Shown piece after piece: positions 50,201 to 63,908 of a DNA stretch of 64,000 nucleotides. Both the position numbers and the translations under genes were made by a program. Source of the DNA: Lama glama (lineage: Eukaryota). Positions within the stretch are counted from its first letter, which is position 1. Each line of letters begins with the position of its first letter. The notes under the pieces were generated by a model. That model made no database searches. It had not been told where the DNA came from and was given only the letters and a program-made list of their open reading frames with translations. The stretch covers positions 18,042,001 to 18,106,000 of the forward strand of contig CM052819.1 of the NCBI GenBank assembly GCA_028534125.1, given 5' to 3'.

Positions 50201-52900
50201 TCTAATTTCCCTTGGGTTTTTATCTTTAAACCATGGATTGTTTAGAATTGTTTTATTTAATTTCCAAGTATTTGGATATTTTCCAAATATTCTTTATGTT
50301 ATTTACCTCTAGTTTAATTCCATTGTGGTCAGAGAACACACATTATATAATTTCAATTTTCTTAAATTTGTAAGATTTGTTTTATGAACTGGGATATGAT
50401 CTAGTTTGCTGTATCTGTGTGCACTTGAAAGAATGTGTATTACACTGTTTTTGGGTGGAGTGTTCTATAAATGTCAATTAAATCCAGTTGGTTTTACTGA
50501 TTTTCTGCCTATTTACTATACCAATTACTTAGGGATGGTATTGCGGTTTCCAACTGTAAGTATGGATTTGTCTATTTTTCCTTTTAGATTTACTGGTTTT
50601 TGCTTCATACATTTTAAAGCTATGTTATTAGGTACATACACATCTTATATAGTCATGCCTTCTTGGTAAGTTGACCCTTTTACCGCTATGCAATGTCTTT
50701 CTTTATCCATGGGTAGTTTTCTTGCTCTGAAGACTATTTTGTCTGGTATTAATATGGCCACTCCAGCTTCAGCTTGGTGTTTACATGGTACATCTTTCTT
50801 ACATCTTTTCCTATTCCTTTATAATTAATTTAACTATATTATTATATTTAAAGTGTGTTTCTTATAGAGAGGATATCAGCATACAGTGAAGTCTTGTTTT
50901 TTTGTCCACCATGACAATCTGTTTCTTTGAACCAACATCTTTATATCATTCAAATTTAATATAATTTTCAATATGCTTAGATTTAGATCTACCATCTTAT
51001 TATTTGTTTTCTGTTTGTTCTTTTGTTCCCCCATCCCCCATTTCCCTCTCCTCCTTTCTTTGGGGTTATTTGAATTTATTTTGTATTCCATATCATCTAT
51101 TGGATTTTTGACTATACCTTATTGTTTAGAATTTTTAATAGTTGATCTAGAAATTACAATATAAATACTTAATTTTTCACAGTCTACTTACTAATATTTT
51201 ATCACTTCATGTGGAATGTAGAAAACTTACATCTTACAGGTCCCTTTATATGTTCTCCTTTCAGAAAACTCCATAAGACAATGTTAACATTTTTCTTTAA
51301 ACAATCATACATATTTGAAGTGTCTTAAGAGGGAAAAATAGTCTATTATATTAAACTAATATTTACTATTTTTGTTGTTCTTCCTTTGTTCCTGGTGTTC
51401 AGAGTTGCCCTCTAATATCATTTCTTCCACCTGAAGAAATTCCTTTGGCATTTTAATTTTTTTTTTAGAGCAAGTCTGCTGGTGAAAAATTCGATTCCCA
51501 CTTTTGTACAAATTGGATAATATCTAATAATGTGTCTTCAAGTTCACTGACTCTTTCATCTGTCATTCTTTATCTGGTTGTTAACCCAATCCAGTAAATT
51601 TTTTGTTTTGGTTACTACATTTTTTGGTTCTAAATTTTCCTTTTTTTTTTTCTTTTTGTAGCTTCTGTTTCCCTGCTGATGTTTTTCCAATTTTTTCATT
51701 TGTTTCCATTGTGTTTACTCTCACTTCTTGGGGAATAGTTATAATAGGTGCTTTAAAGCCTTGGTCTGTTAAAATCAGTATCTATGTCATCTTGGGGTTG
51801 ATATGTTAGTTGTCTTTGTCTTTACCTTTGTGAAATTTTAAGATTTCCCTGGTTTTCATATGCTGAGGAATTTTGGATTTATTCTAGCAACTTTGAAGAT
51901 TATGTTAAGTGACTCTGGATTTAGATGTGTTAAGTGACATAGGTTTCCTCTATGAAGAATGTTGATTTTGCTTTTAATCAGTCAATTAACCACATTAGGT
52001 CCAAGACACAAATTCTTACCTGCCTTCTTTTATCTGTGGTTCCAATGTCAGTTCAGTTTCAAAGTCTTTGCAGTGCTATTCATATCTGTTCTGCATGTGT
52101 GCCATCCAGTGTCTAGTCTGGGGCCTGAGTGATGCTCTCCTTTGTAGTTCATTTCTCAAAGACTTTGGTGAGCTCTTTAGGGTCAGATACATACTTACAC
52201 AGCTTGGGGGTGAGCTCAAAAGTTTATATACAATTTTATAGGATCACTTTCTTGTGCTCCCTCCACTCCACAATCTCCTCCACATTTTCTGGCTTTCCAA
52301 AGCCCACAACTTTAGTTTTCTTACACTGCTATGTGTTTCCCACGATTTTCCCACAATACTGGGCCTGCTTCTAAGCTTAAGCAGTGAGAGGATTAAGAGT
52401 GCAAAAAGCCCAATGGGAATTCGTCCCAAGGTCCCAGGACACCAGTTCCTCTGGCTGGAAATTTAGGGGTCTGCCCCACTGTTGCTGCCATCATCACCAC
52501 TGCCGCCTCAGGTGTGCCTGGCACTGGGATGAGCATGAAGCAAACCCAGGGGATTCCTCTCATCTTCTGCTCCACTGGGGTCCTCTTTCCTGTTCCTTAT
52601 GCCCCAAACAGAGAATTTATTTTGCAGTTCTTTCTGTTTTCCTTGCTGTGCAATTCTGGCCTTTGAACTGCCTTTGAGTTCAGGTCAAGAGATTCCAGAG
52701 AGTAAAAGAAAAATGGGAAATTCACCACTGGTTTAGTAGTACTCTGAATTCTTGTTTCCTTCCCCAGTCTGTCTGCTACTGTTTGATTTTAAGAGTCCTT
52801 AGATAACTATATACATTCTGTCCAGGGATTTTAATGGCATTCAGTGGAAGAGACAGAGGGGAATAAGTAATCTTACTCCATCTTGACCAGAACTAGAACC
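47260..52900 (-). mobile_element. Long ancient L1 (5' region, ORF1 and most of ORF2), in the same sense as SLC9A9
   Basis: Continuous L1 motifs (ttttgatgaagtctaattt; gaatacaagtggtgagtggacatccttgtc; ccattgtggtcagagaacac) with no intact ORF. Confidence 0.92.
47677..48300 (-). mobile_element. MLT1E-like MaLR LTR inserted in the L1
   Basis: TG...CA ends (tgtattgg...ttttagaattctgcctaccaca) with near-TSD GATAT/GATAC. Confidence 0.85.
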
Positions 52901-54004
52901 TCCTCCATAGCCTTTTGGATCAAAAGTTTCATGTATTGACTTTAAAATATTTTTTTCAGAATTCATCTACTATCGAAAGTAAAGATACATCTATTACTTT
53001 AAGTAAGGCACCTATATTGGGTCTTACTTTATGATAGCAGGCAAAAAAATTCTCCTCAATAGAGCAGAATGTTCATTGTTAGGTAAACTTAATAAATGGG
53101 TGAAGCTTATTGATACTGATGTTTTCAAGAGCATGTTGGAGAAGATAAATAAGAACTTGCCTAGTGGAGGGTAGCTGGCAGTTGTGAAGATAAAGACCGT
53201 TATCTCTGGAACTGGGAAGATGCTGTATACAGAAAGAAAGCATATGAAAGAGCCCAGATGGCATTGGAAGCAAGTTTAGGAGCTGCTAATTCATGCTTGT
53301 TAAGAACCTGGAATTTATTTAGGTCAACAACAGGTTACTAGAGTTATCCAATGTTTTCAATAAAATATGCCAAAGTAGATTGGCTTAAGCAATACATAAA
53401 AGTTCTGAAACTTTTTTAGAAGAACCCACAGAAAACAGAACATAATTTCCAGTGGGAATTTTAGGTAGGAAATACTAAGTGTAAGTTTACATTCAAATGG
53501 ATAAACTGGTTTTCCATGTTTCATGTCAGAGGGTATTTCTTGGGCTTGCCAATTAATACAAATTGATACAAAATATACAAATTGGTACAAACTCAATGCA
53601 AAATAATAACCCAATGCAAATCAATGATGCGGTGCAAATTAAATATCTGAAAAGATTCTAAGCAAGGATTATTATGTTACGAAGAAAATAGAAGCATGCT
53701 CTAGAAAGAGTCTTTCTGAGCTGTTGTATAAATATAATGCTTTTTGTGAGCATTTGTCTTTAAGAGGTTTATCATTTTGACTGCAGAAATAGGAGCTGCC
53801 TGTAAAATTGATGAGTCTAGTCACTACATAAAGTGAACTAAGCTCCCCAGAGACTCTTTCTTTATATTTCCCATGTAAACCATGCTTTCACAAATACAAT
53901 TAATTAGTAACACTTTATGTATATGTATGTGTATATATATGCCATAGGCAGTAAAAGAGTGGATAAGAAAAGGTTCGTGTGTGGTCATTTGGGTATAGTT
54001 AAAG

Positions 54005-54230
54005 CAATATTTGTTGAGTACTTACTGTGTGCTCTAAATTTATACATGTAATTCTTAATTCTTGTAACAATCCAAAGAGGTAGGTATTATTATTATTCCA
54101 ATTTTACAGAGAAGGAAATTGAAGCATAGAGAGGTTGAATTTATTGCTCAAGTTCCCACAGCTAGTAAGAGAGGGAGACAGGGTTGAGCCCCACACTGTC
54201 CACCTCCAAAGTGTGTGTGCTGATTTACTA
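54005..54230 (-). mobile_element. MIR SINE
   Basis: gaggtaggtattattattattccaattttacagagaaggaaattgaagcatagagagg. Confidence 0.88.
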
Positions 54231-56858
54231 CATTAATATACCAGTGAAGCAAGTCGTTAAACATGCAAAAGACTTTGGATGCTAGAAAGAAAACCAAACA
54301 GAACACAGCTACTGAGGGAACATGATTATATGTATGCTTCCATTTTATTAAATTGATATTTCCTCACCTCAGCAATACAAGAAGTCTGTAGATAAGCAGG
54401 TATATTTAAGTGTTACTGTTTAAGATTAAAAAATATTACTAAAAATAGTCCTCTCTTTACCTCTGTCTGTATCCCCATGATGGCTGTTATTAAAAATTTT
54501 GTAACCAGTGGGTATATATGGTAAAGAAGTCATTCTAGGATGACATAAAATGGGATGGGCCCTAAACCCCAAATAAAATTTAAACTCTTAACTAAAATAA
54601 TCATAGTTGAGATCTTGCACTATCTACAAGTTATTAACTCTGCAATGGACACAGGGCAGTTTGTGCAATTTTTCTGTTTGATCTGTGGGTGGAAGAGGCC
54701 GACAGCTGGCTGACTTGGGATTCCAAATGGGGTTGGAAGATGAGCCTGAGGGTAATAAATTCCTCTAATTCCAAATTCCTATAATTGAGGAAGACAAACT
54801 TCCCCGCTTGGCTACCTTAGACCAGGGCTGGCCTTGTTTACCTTTAACTTTTCTAGGTCAAAGAGAAAAATCTGCACTGAAAAATGTCTGCTGTGTGAGT
54901 AAGTCAAACCAATCACTCATGATGGATGAAGATTTCCTGTGTTTCTTTTTAACAGGCCTGTCTTGGTTATAAAAGTACATCTCTTTTTCCTCCAGAGGAT
55001 TTGTTAATCAAGGTAGATTGCAGAGAAAGCTCATTTGTTTAGGGCGGCAGAAGAATGAACTAGCTGGGACTGCAGGCTCTGGGGTCAGGCTGCCTCGGCT
55101 TGGAGTCTGACTCTGCAGCCCGACAGTGGTGGGACCCCGAGCCACTCCTCCTGGCCTCAGGCATCCTAAGATGTTGCTACGACTATCATCCCCACTTGAT
55201 AGATTAGAGGCTCGGTCACAGGGAGGTTTGTGCCTTGCACCTTATTATCTAATATCTAGCACAGAGTAAATAGTCAATAAAAGCGGGCTATTATTCTTTG
55301 AGACATAAGAAGCAAAAATCTTGAAGCTGTAGACATCCTCTTGATGAGGGCACTTTCTCATTATCGTCTGGAATACAGGTTCTGAACTGCTCTGCTGTGC
55401 AAGGCTTTCTGCACTGTGATTCAGATACTTTGAAGAGATGAGTCTAGCATTACTATCTGGGAGAAGCCAGCAAAGGTTTGTACTGTGGTATGGGCTCCGT
55501 TCTCATGAGATTTGTTAACCCCATGTGATGCTCTACTCTAAACTAAGGATGGGGTTATCACCCTAAATTAATTACCACTGCCCGAAAGCTCTGCCTTATT
55601 GGGTTTTGAGGCTTATTTGTGAGCATGTATGATCATTTGGTAGATAATACTGTTTACTGGCCTCTGTAGGGCAAAGCCTGACACTTTGATCCCTTGCTTC
55701 CTGGCTAACAGCAGAGCTAGTCCTTGGAGACTGGGGGTTGGGTTTTTCTCACCACCAGTATTAATGTATTTTACAGAAGAGAGGAGATTCGAATTCTAAT
55801 CAAGAAACCATTCTACTTTCTTTTACATGAAAATCTCCAAAATAATACAGGAAGAGTCTTTTCTTTTTCTCTAGAACTTTAAGAAACAAAGACCTGTGAT
55901 TTATTTCAAATGCTGAATTAAAAATATCTTGTTATTATTTAAAAAAAAAACAGCTTTAGGACAAGAAATTTGAATGTGCTTAGGACAAGACTTAACCAAT
56001 GGAGAATTTGTTTCCTATGTAAAGATCATTCTGAGTTTCTCTAAGCATGAGGTCGTTGCTGTTTTGAAGTTATTTCTATCAAAGTGCAGTTCATATTAAT
56101 ATTATCAATTTTTATCTTATATAAAACATTTTATCTACATCTTACTGTGGTAGTTTGCAGCTGAATAGCAAATTTTATAGGGATTGAAAAATAGCTCAAG
56201 TACATACCTAATAATTTAAGAGGAAAAAAATCTAGAAAAAAAATCAAGAAGGGAAGGCAATGTAAAGTGTATAAATAAATCATAACCAAGTGAGGATGTC
56301 TGAGTGCATTCAACATCACATTTGCATTCATGCCCCTTGGGTTTCCCTTTATGTGTCATTTTATTAAAGCTCCAATTTACTTACATTGTGGTGTTTTATG
56401 GAAAGAGTCAGACATGAAAGTTAGTTAATGAGATGTTGCTCTGTAAACAAGCAAAGTCTTGCTAAATATAGTGTAAGTGATGGACAACTATCATTGAAAA
56501 GCTATAATAAGATTGAGGATTTCTTTGATAGCATTATAAACCATGACAGGGAGGTGGAGCATAAGATGGTGTCACTGTAACATGGTCAAACCAAATTTAT
56601 GTCATGCTTGTGTGTGTGTTTGCACACACACTAACTTATGGTCCTGTTCTTTTATGTTTATTCTACTATGTTCTATTTCCCTCCCATTGATGAATGCACA
56701 GTGGCATTTTCTCCTCAAGTGAGTGCCTGCTTCCTTCTGGTATAGGTCCTAAAATATGTGAACTGAAGGGTCAGGTGTTCTTGGCCTTGGGCAACCGCAG
56801 CCAAATCTGACAGTATTTAACATCAGCCCCATCTCCATGTGGGGTTATAAGTCTAAAC

Positions 56859-57044
56859 CAGTGGTTCTCAAAATGTGCCTAGAACCAGCAGCATCAGCGT
56901 TACCTGGAATGGGGTTGAAATGCAAGTTCTTGGGCCCTCACCCAGATCTGCTTGATCAGAAGCTCTGGGGCAAGGGCCCAGTAATCTAAGGTTTAATGGG
57001 CCCTCCCGGGGGTTCTGATGTTCATTAAAGTTTGAGAGCTTTTG
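56859..57044. mobile_element. Full-length MER5A hAT-Charlie MITE
   Basis: CAGTGGTTCTCAAA...TTTGAGAGCTTTTG with an 8-bp TSD GTCTAAAC (56851-56858) / GTCTTAAC (57045-57052). Confidence 0.9.
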
Positions 57045-59263
57045 GTCTTAACTTGGTCCTCCTGCCCTGTGTCCTGTCTGCCTGGGTTGACTTCCTGGCT
57101 ACACACATCCTTATAAACCTCACTTACCCCTCTCTGATTTCCTCATGACCGGATCTCTGGTCTCTCTAACTGGGTTTCTGCCTGACTTCAGATTAACACT
57201 AGTTCCCAGCTGGCCTGCAAGACTGGAGCCCTGTCGGCTCCCTTCCCTAAATACATCAGGGTCCTGCTTTCACTGCCCTCCCCTCCTGGCTGGTGGGCAA
57301 GTCTGGCACTGAATCAGCAGGGACATTTGGGGCCAGTTCTCACTGAGGCATCCATGACCTGGCAACTCCATGCTGTGCCCCCAGCAGGCCATAAGGCCAT
57401 AATACTGGCCTAAGATGACCTCCAGGCCCCTCTCGTGTGGGCACTATGGTTGACATTACTATGTTTCTTTATTAGGCTCTGTTTTATAATCTGAATAATT
57501 GCTCTAATCTGCCAGAACCCCCAGTGTTATATTACCCTCTCCCTGCTGACCCAGACATCAAGAGACTGCATAAGCTATGACATCTATTTGAAGCCAATGG
57601 ATACCTTTGGAAAACACCATAGGAGAGCTAGGTAAACACTCTAAGGTAAAACATGTTATTGATTTGGGGACAACCTCTTTAAGGGTAAAGAAAGACAACA
57701 GTAGAAAATAAGTTATATTTGAATTACTTCAAGAAAAATGTTGACATCACTACTTTACATTCTGAATATTCGAATTTACCTGATAGAGCCTTCAATATGT
57801 TTATCTGCTGGGGATTGGTCTCCTCTAACTCCTGCTTTCCAAGTCCTAATTTTTCTATGCATGGATCCACCTACTGAATTTTACTTTCCAGAAACCCGAA
57901 CACATCATTATCTTACTATCAGTTTACATGGGACCCAACACTATAGCATTTAATGTAATATCTGTGCTCATCCAGAGCACTGTGAAAGAAATTACAGGTC
58001 ACATTTTGCCTGGAAAATAGTCCAGCGAGCATTTCAAAGCTCTCTCCATTTCAACCTTTGGTCAAAGTCCTTTTATGTGTTTAGTAATATTCACAGTACT
58101 TTAAGAGGTCCTTTTTCCCCCATGAATATGGCTTAATGCATAGCAACTTGGCCTAGTTTAGACATAAGCTTTCTTATACTAAATTCATGAGCCCTGTTTC
58201 TGCTTCTATTTGTCAAATAGATAGAAATTTGTCAGTAAAAGCCTAAAAAAAGGAATTTACTTGTGTGGTTATGTTCATTTAATTTTTTCACGTAGCAATT
58301 ATTTATTCAGTTCTGCCACGTGCCAGGCACTGCATTGGTGCTTGAATAACAGAGTCCTTGTCTGGAAGAATTTTCTTGGAAGTCCCTTTCCAGTCAGATG
58401 GATCTTTTCCTGCCACATGTAGTAGGTACAGATTTGCCTAACAGAGAATGGGTGGAGACTAGGGAGGGGCTGCTTGATCATCAAGATATACGGCTTTGGG
58501 AAGTGAAATGTGATTTACGTAAAGCACTGTTACATTCTGGGAGAATGAGGACCCAGGTCAAAGAAACACTTAAATAAAGACAAGAACATTTTACAACAGA
58601 TTTACCCCTTTTCACAATTGGCACAAGCTGTTCATTTTTCATCAAATTGTCTACTCCTTGAATACTTCAGTTTTATGGCAGTCATCTCCCCAGCACTGCT
58701 GATTGGAGGGCCCCTGATGGAAGCCTTGACCCCATCTTCCTTTGAGAAATTGTCTAGTCTGTGTCTATAGCATCCCTCGGGCTAAATATATGGCTCACTA
58801 ATCAAATACATTTAAGCATTTCCTGTGTCCCTAATTCTATCCTAAGTGCTGTGAGGAATTAAAAATAAAACAAATTCATTTTCTCCTTGGTATTACAGCT
58901 TTTTCTGTATTAATCTCTTTGGATCATGAAGATCTTGAGGCCAAGACCTGGGTCTTACTCAATTTTGGAAACTCCATAGCATGTCAGATTGTACTCAATA
59001 AATGTGGCTGGAGGGAAGATATCAGAGATAAATAAATTCATTCCTAGGGACAGACTGGAAACAGACATCATCCGAGATTTCTAGAACTCTTGGAAAAGTT
59101 CAGTTCTGTTGGTGATGGGTCATGTTGTTTCACCTTGTCTGCTTTACCCCTGGGGAAGTTAGTGGACAGACATGCCGTTGCACTCTGGACCAAATTAGCA
59201 ACACAAGAACAGCAGTGCAGGCATGCCTCGCCATGATTTCCTTCGTCAAGCAGCGTCACTCAC

Positions 59264-59417
59264 CTGATCTGAAGCCAAGTCAGCATGGGGGTCGTTCCTC
59301 CCCCAAACACCCAGACTGTGAAGAACACGAGGAGCAGCGTGGTGGAAAACATCATTTGTTTGGGCTGAGATTCTGTGTTCCGAATAGCTAAGGCAAAGGC
59401 GATCGCTCCTCGCAAAC
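59264..59417 (-). CDS. SLC9A9: Internal coding exon (probably exon 12) of sodium/hydrogen exchanger 9, encoding the last transmembrane helices
   Basis: The minus strand reads ttttttggtttttcctgtaag|GTTTGCGAGGAGCGATCGCC...CTTCAGATCAG|gtgagt (154 nt, phase 1 in, phase 2 out). It translates to (G)[50 protein letters not shown](R). GLRGAxAFAL and GGGTTxML are NHE motifs; NTESQPKQ and TWLQIR match NHE9 rather than NHE6/7 as recalled. Confidence 0.96.
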
Positions 59418-59519
59418 CTTACAGGAAAAACCAAAAAAAGGAAATAAGGATCCACATGAGTCTCATTCTCATTTCATTGAATTTATCTTTACAGTTTATT
59501 GACAAACACAATCAGTTTT

Positions 59520-60960
59520 TAAAATTAAACTTTTTATTTTGGGATAATTGTAGAGTCACAGGCAGCTGCAAGAAATAATAAGAGACTTGCTGTATGCCCT
59601 TTTCTCACCCCCCTCCCCCCAGTGATAACGTCTTTCGAAACTCTATTACAAGACTGCAACCAGGATTTGACACTGATATAGTCAAGATTCAGTGCATTTC
59701 CATCACCACAAAGATCCCTCACTTTGCCCTTTTATCACCACACCTACTCCTCTCCCACAAACTCCCTCCTTAACATCTGGCACCCAGTAATCAATTTCTA
59801 TAATTTTCCCATTTCAAGAATGATATATAAATGGAATCATGAAATATGTAGCCTTTTGGGATTGTTTTTTTTTTTTTCCCACCCGGCATAATTCTCTGGA
59901 TAGTCAGCCAGGTTGCCTAATGTATTGATTGTTTGTTCCTTTTTATTGTCTAGCAGTATTTCCATGGTATGGATGTTCCACAGTTTGTTTAACCATCATC
60001 TGTTAAAGGACATCTGGGTAGTTTCCAGGTTTTGGCTATTACAAATAAGGCTGCTGTATGTGTGAACATAAGTTTTCATCTCTCTGAGATAAATGCCCAG
60101 GAGTGCAATCACTGAGTTATTCATTATTTGCATATTTTTAAAAGAAATTACCAAATTTTCCCAGAATGGCTATACCATTTCACATTCCTGCCAGCAATGT
60201 ATGTCATTCAGTTTCTCTGCACCTTTACCCACATTTAGTGTCGTCACTATTTTTATTTTAGCATTTTTCTGTTGGTGTTGAATATTTGTTAGTGTGCTCA
60301 TTTGTTATCTGTATATGCTCTTGGGTGAAATGGCTCATGTCGTTATCTCATTTTCTAATTGGATTGTTGGATTTTTGATTGTTAAATTTGGAGAGGTCTT
60401 TATATGGTCTAGATAATAGTCCTTTGTTGGGTATGTAGTTTGCAAATCTAGACTAGTTTAAAATCTAATCTGTTGATTTTCCCTTTTATGAATCATCTGA
60501 AGTCAAGTCTAAGAAGTCTTTACTTAGCTCTAGATCCCAAATTGTTTTCCTAAAAGTTATATGGCTTTACATTTTACATCTATGTCCATGGTCTTTTGAG
60601 TTAATTCTGGTATAAAGGGCGAGGTGTAGGCTGAGGATCATTTTTTCTTTTTCTTTTTTTTTGCCTATGAATGTTTAATTACTCTGTTGAATTGCTTTTG
60701 CGCTTTTGTCAATAATCAGTTGGATATATCTGTGTGGTTCTATTCTTGGGTTCTCTATTCTGTTCCACTGATCTATGTGTCCTATCCCTTTTAATGGTAC
60801 ATTGTCATATTTATTCTGGGTATATAGTAACCTTTAATGACAGAGAGACTGGTTCTTATATTTCATTTTCAAAATAGTTTTAACTATTTTAGATCTTTTG
60901 CCCTTCCATAAAATTTTAAAAAGAATATTGTCTGTATTTACAAAAAAACTTTCTGGGCAC
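59520..60960 (-). mobile_element. L1MC-type 3' end, in the same sense as SLC9A9
   Basis: aactttttattttgggataattgtagagtcaca...atataaatggaatcat...aaggacatctgggtagtttccaggttttggctatt. Confidence 0.88.
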
Positions 60961-62611
60961 AAGTACTTTTTAAAAATTGAATGTGTTAGACAACAAGAGA
61001 AAACAAGCTTATAGGAACATTGAAAATTAATAAATAATTAAATAACATTTAAGATTTACTCCAGCCTGATAAGACACTTTTACAAAGACTATAATCTAAA
61101 CTGCTCTATTAAAACCTGCTTCATTTGTTTACTTTTCTTCTTTAATAACAATATCTAATGAATTTTTATGAATATATTAAGTGTATTTGTAAGAAGAGGT
61201 ATTAAAGATTAAATTGCTAAAATTTCAAATCAAAGTGTGATGACATAAAAACAGATGTGGACTTCAAAGCAGAGGAAATAAAAGCACAAGTAGTAACGTA
61301 AAATGTTAAAATGGACAGTCTGTCTCAGGTAACACAAAACTTACAAGACATTTACAGGCTCTGTTATACCATGTAACAGGGGAGATAAACATTTATAATG
61401 ACATCAAATATAAGTCAAAGAGGTAGTGATTCTGTTATTTTTTATAGGAAGGTTTAAGTCATATACAAAAAATGTCAATGGTCCACTCTTTATAATATTT
61501 ACTGTATCATTTAGGTTTCTACATTTCCAAATTTTTATTCATACATTAAAAGACTTTCAGACATTGGATACAGGGGAGGATGAGGAACACTATAAGCACT
61601 CTGGTTTTTACCCTTGGATTAGTAACTTAGACTACAATGCTCCTTTCTTATCTCCACACTGAGAATATCCAAGAGACAAGTGACATAATACAAGATCCAG
61701 AGGATTCGACTAGAGACTTAATGTATTTTGCCTGAAACAAGGAAGCTTCAGAAAGAGAGGGGAACATGCACTCTGATTATAAAATTACCTTCAAGGAACA
61801 AAATGTAATGGAGGAAGAAAAGGGTATTCTAAATCTCCATGTAGACAAGGAAATGGCCCGAAGATAAGGAAGATAACATTTGAAGTAGATATTAATAAAA
61901 AAAAGTTCTTATACATCAGAAATTCTGAACACATAGATGATTGTACTCAGGAAGGAAAGTTTCCCACCAGAGATGTTCAAGCATTCAGACCCAGCTGAGG
62001 ACAAGAGAGTGGGGATATTAATAACCCTTAATACTGGAGAATATTTCAATAATGTCTCCAGGAAATACAAATGGTGTCATTAGGAAACGAGAATCAAAGG
62101 AAACAGTTATGCAACAGCCTTCTGTATCTGAGGAGAAAACGTATAGGTGAAGGTAAAGCTCCTAGCACTGTTTAATTGGTATAAGCTTGGAGACAGAAGG
62201 TGATCTCTCCATTTTCTCTTTTCCTTAAGCTCACACTGCCAGAAATGCTCATAAAGCAGCATCGCTCCACATTATGTGGTGTGTATTAGAAACACTGAGT
62301 GATGAGGCTCTAAGTATTTGTTTTCACTTTGTTGAATATTCGTGTGTATGTGTGTGTTGGTTTATCTTTTGTTTTTACTTTGAATTTTGTGAGAAAGAAA
62401 AGAATAGAGACTGGAATAAAAGTTAAAAGTTGCTGTATCATGCTTATGGTAAACTTTCCATGTTAGATATCAAGGGCAAGGAAGGACATAATGTATCTTT
62501 CTAAATAAGTTTAACACTGTACTGTTATTAAGTGAAACTAGCGTAACTAGGTTCTTAAATCTAAATTATCTATTCATGGGCAGTTCTTGTTTTAAAAACA
62601 TACTCAGAAGT

Positions 62612-62835
62612 GTTTACACACTACTGTATAAAAAAGATAAACAACAAAGACCTACTATATAGCACAGGGACCTACATTCAATATCTTGCCATAACCTATA
62701 ATGGAAAGTAATCTGGAAAAGAAAAAAATATATATATCTATAACTGAATCACTTTGCTGTTCACCTGAAACATTATAAATCAACAATACTTCAATTAAAA
62801 AAGTAAAAAATAAATAAAAATTAAAAAAATAAAAA
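62612..62835 (+). mobile_element. Cetartiodactyl L1 3' end
   Basis: gataaacaacaaagacctactatatagcacagggacctacattcaatatc...ataactgaatcactttgctgttcacctgaaac, then an A-rich tail. Confidence 0.9.
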
Positions 62836-62923
62836 GTTGAATCAAAAAAAGATAACCATTATTCTGACTCCTAAAAAAATCTATATCCTATATATAAAAC
62901 TCTCTATATTTACAGGAGATGCA

Positions 62924-63179
62924 NNNNNNNNNNNNNNNNNNNNNNNNNNNNNNNNNNNNNNNNNNNNNNNNNNNNNNNNNNNNNNNNNNNNNNNNNNNNN
63001 NNNNNNNNNNNNNNNNNNNNNNNNNNNNNNNNNNNNNNNNNNNNNNNNNNNNNNNNNNNNNNNNNNNNNNNNNNNNNNNNNNNNNNNNNNNNNNNNNNNN
63101 NNNNNNNNNNNNNNNNNNNNNNNNNNNNNNNNNNNNNNNNNNNNNNNNNNNNNNNNNNNNNNNNNNNNNNNNNNNNNNN
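62924..63179. other. Assembly gap
   Basis: Run of N. Confidence 1.
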
Positions 63180-63561
63180 TGTACTTGTGGCATATTAAGG
63201 AACATTGCTAATTAGAACCAACTCCAAGATGGCCCTACAAGAGGATGCCTTCTCCATATAATGACCACTTAAAAAAACCACAAAACAATGTGTGTTTTGG
63301 AGAAGAGAGCATATGTCTGTAGCCCTGGCCACACGTGGCAAATATGGTACATGCCACCTGTGAGGTGTCCTGGTAGCACGGGAAGCCTGGAATGGAGCAA
63401 GGTGAGGTCACTAAGTGAACAAAGTGAAGCTAATTTAGAACTCCACATAAGAACGATTGCCTATGTCCCACTCATCCTTTACGATTCCAAAGTTACTGAT
63501 AATACATTTGGAGCCTAGAAAATTGTCAAGTTAATGGCCATTCATTGCTCCATTTGAGACA

Positions 63562-63908
63562 TGCATCTTAGTCTGCCATAACAAAATACCTTCATCTGGG
63601 TAGCTTCAGCAACAGAAATTTCTTTCTGGCCGTTGTGGAGGCTGGGATGTGTAAGATCAGGATGCCAGCATGGCCAAGTTCTGTCCGAGCCATCTCTGGC
63701 TTGCAGAAGGCCGCCTGCTTGTTGTGCAAGAGCAGGCTCGGTGGTGTCTCTTCTTATAAGGGCCTTAATCTCATCATAGGGTTCCCACCCTTCTAACCTC
63801 ATTTAGACCTAATTATCTCCTGAAGTCTCCATCTCCAAATAACATCATATTGGAAGTTAGGGCTTCAACTTATGAATTTGAGGGGGTCACAATTCAGGCT
63901 AGAGTAAT
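63562..63908 (-). mobile_element. MLT1A0-type MaLR LTR
   Basis: ctgccataacaaaatacc...ggaggctgggatgtgtaagatcagg...agggcttcaacttatgaatttgaggggg. Confidence 0.88.

Larger units (their letters stand above)
1..59263 (-). other. SLC9A9: SLC9A9 intron downstream of the exon; the next exon lies beyond the window start
   Basis: Begins at the GTGAGT donor (59258-59263). I found no sequence encoding the expected next peptide (VGVDLDE...) by eye, and the region is repeat-dominated. Confidence 0.8.

Noticed and set aside
56610-56631. (TG)n...(CA)n hairpin
   Set aside because: A short simple-repeat inversion with no miRNA-length stem.
59246-59455. ORF-track peptide [20 protein letters not shown]...
   Set aside because: It is the wrong reading frame over the real SLC9A9 exon; the correct frame is defined by the splice sites.
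138-63802. All other ORF-track entries (60-162 aa)
   Set aside because: They are short, resemble no recognisable protein, and mostly lie in repeats, microsatellites or N gaps.
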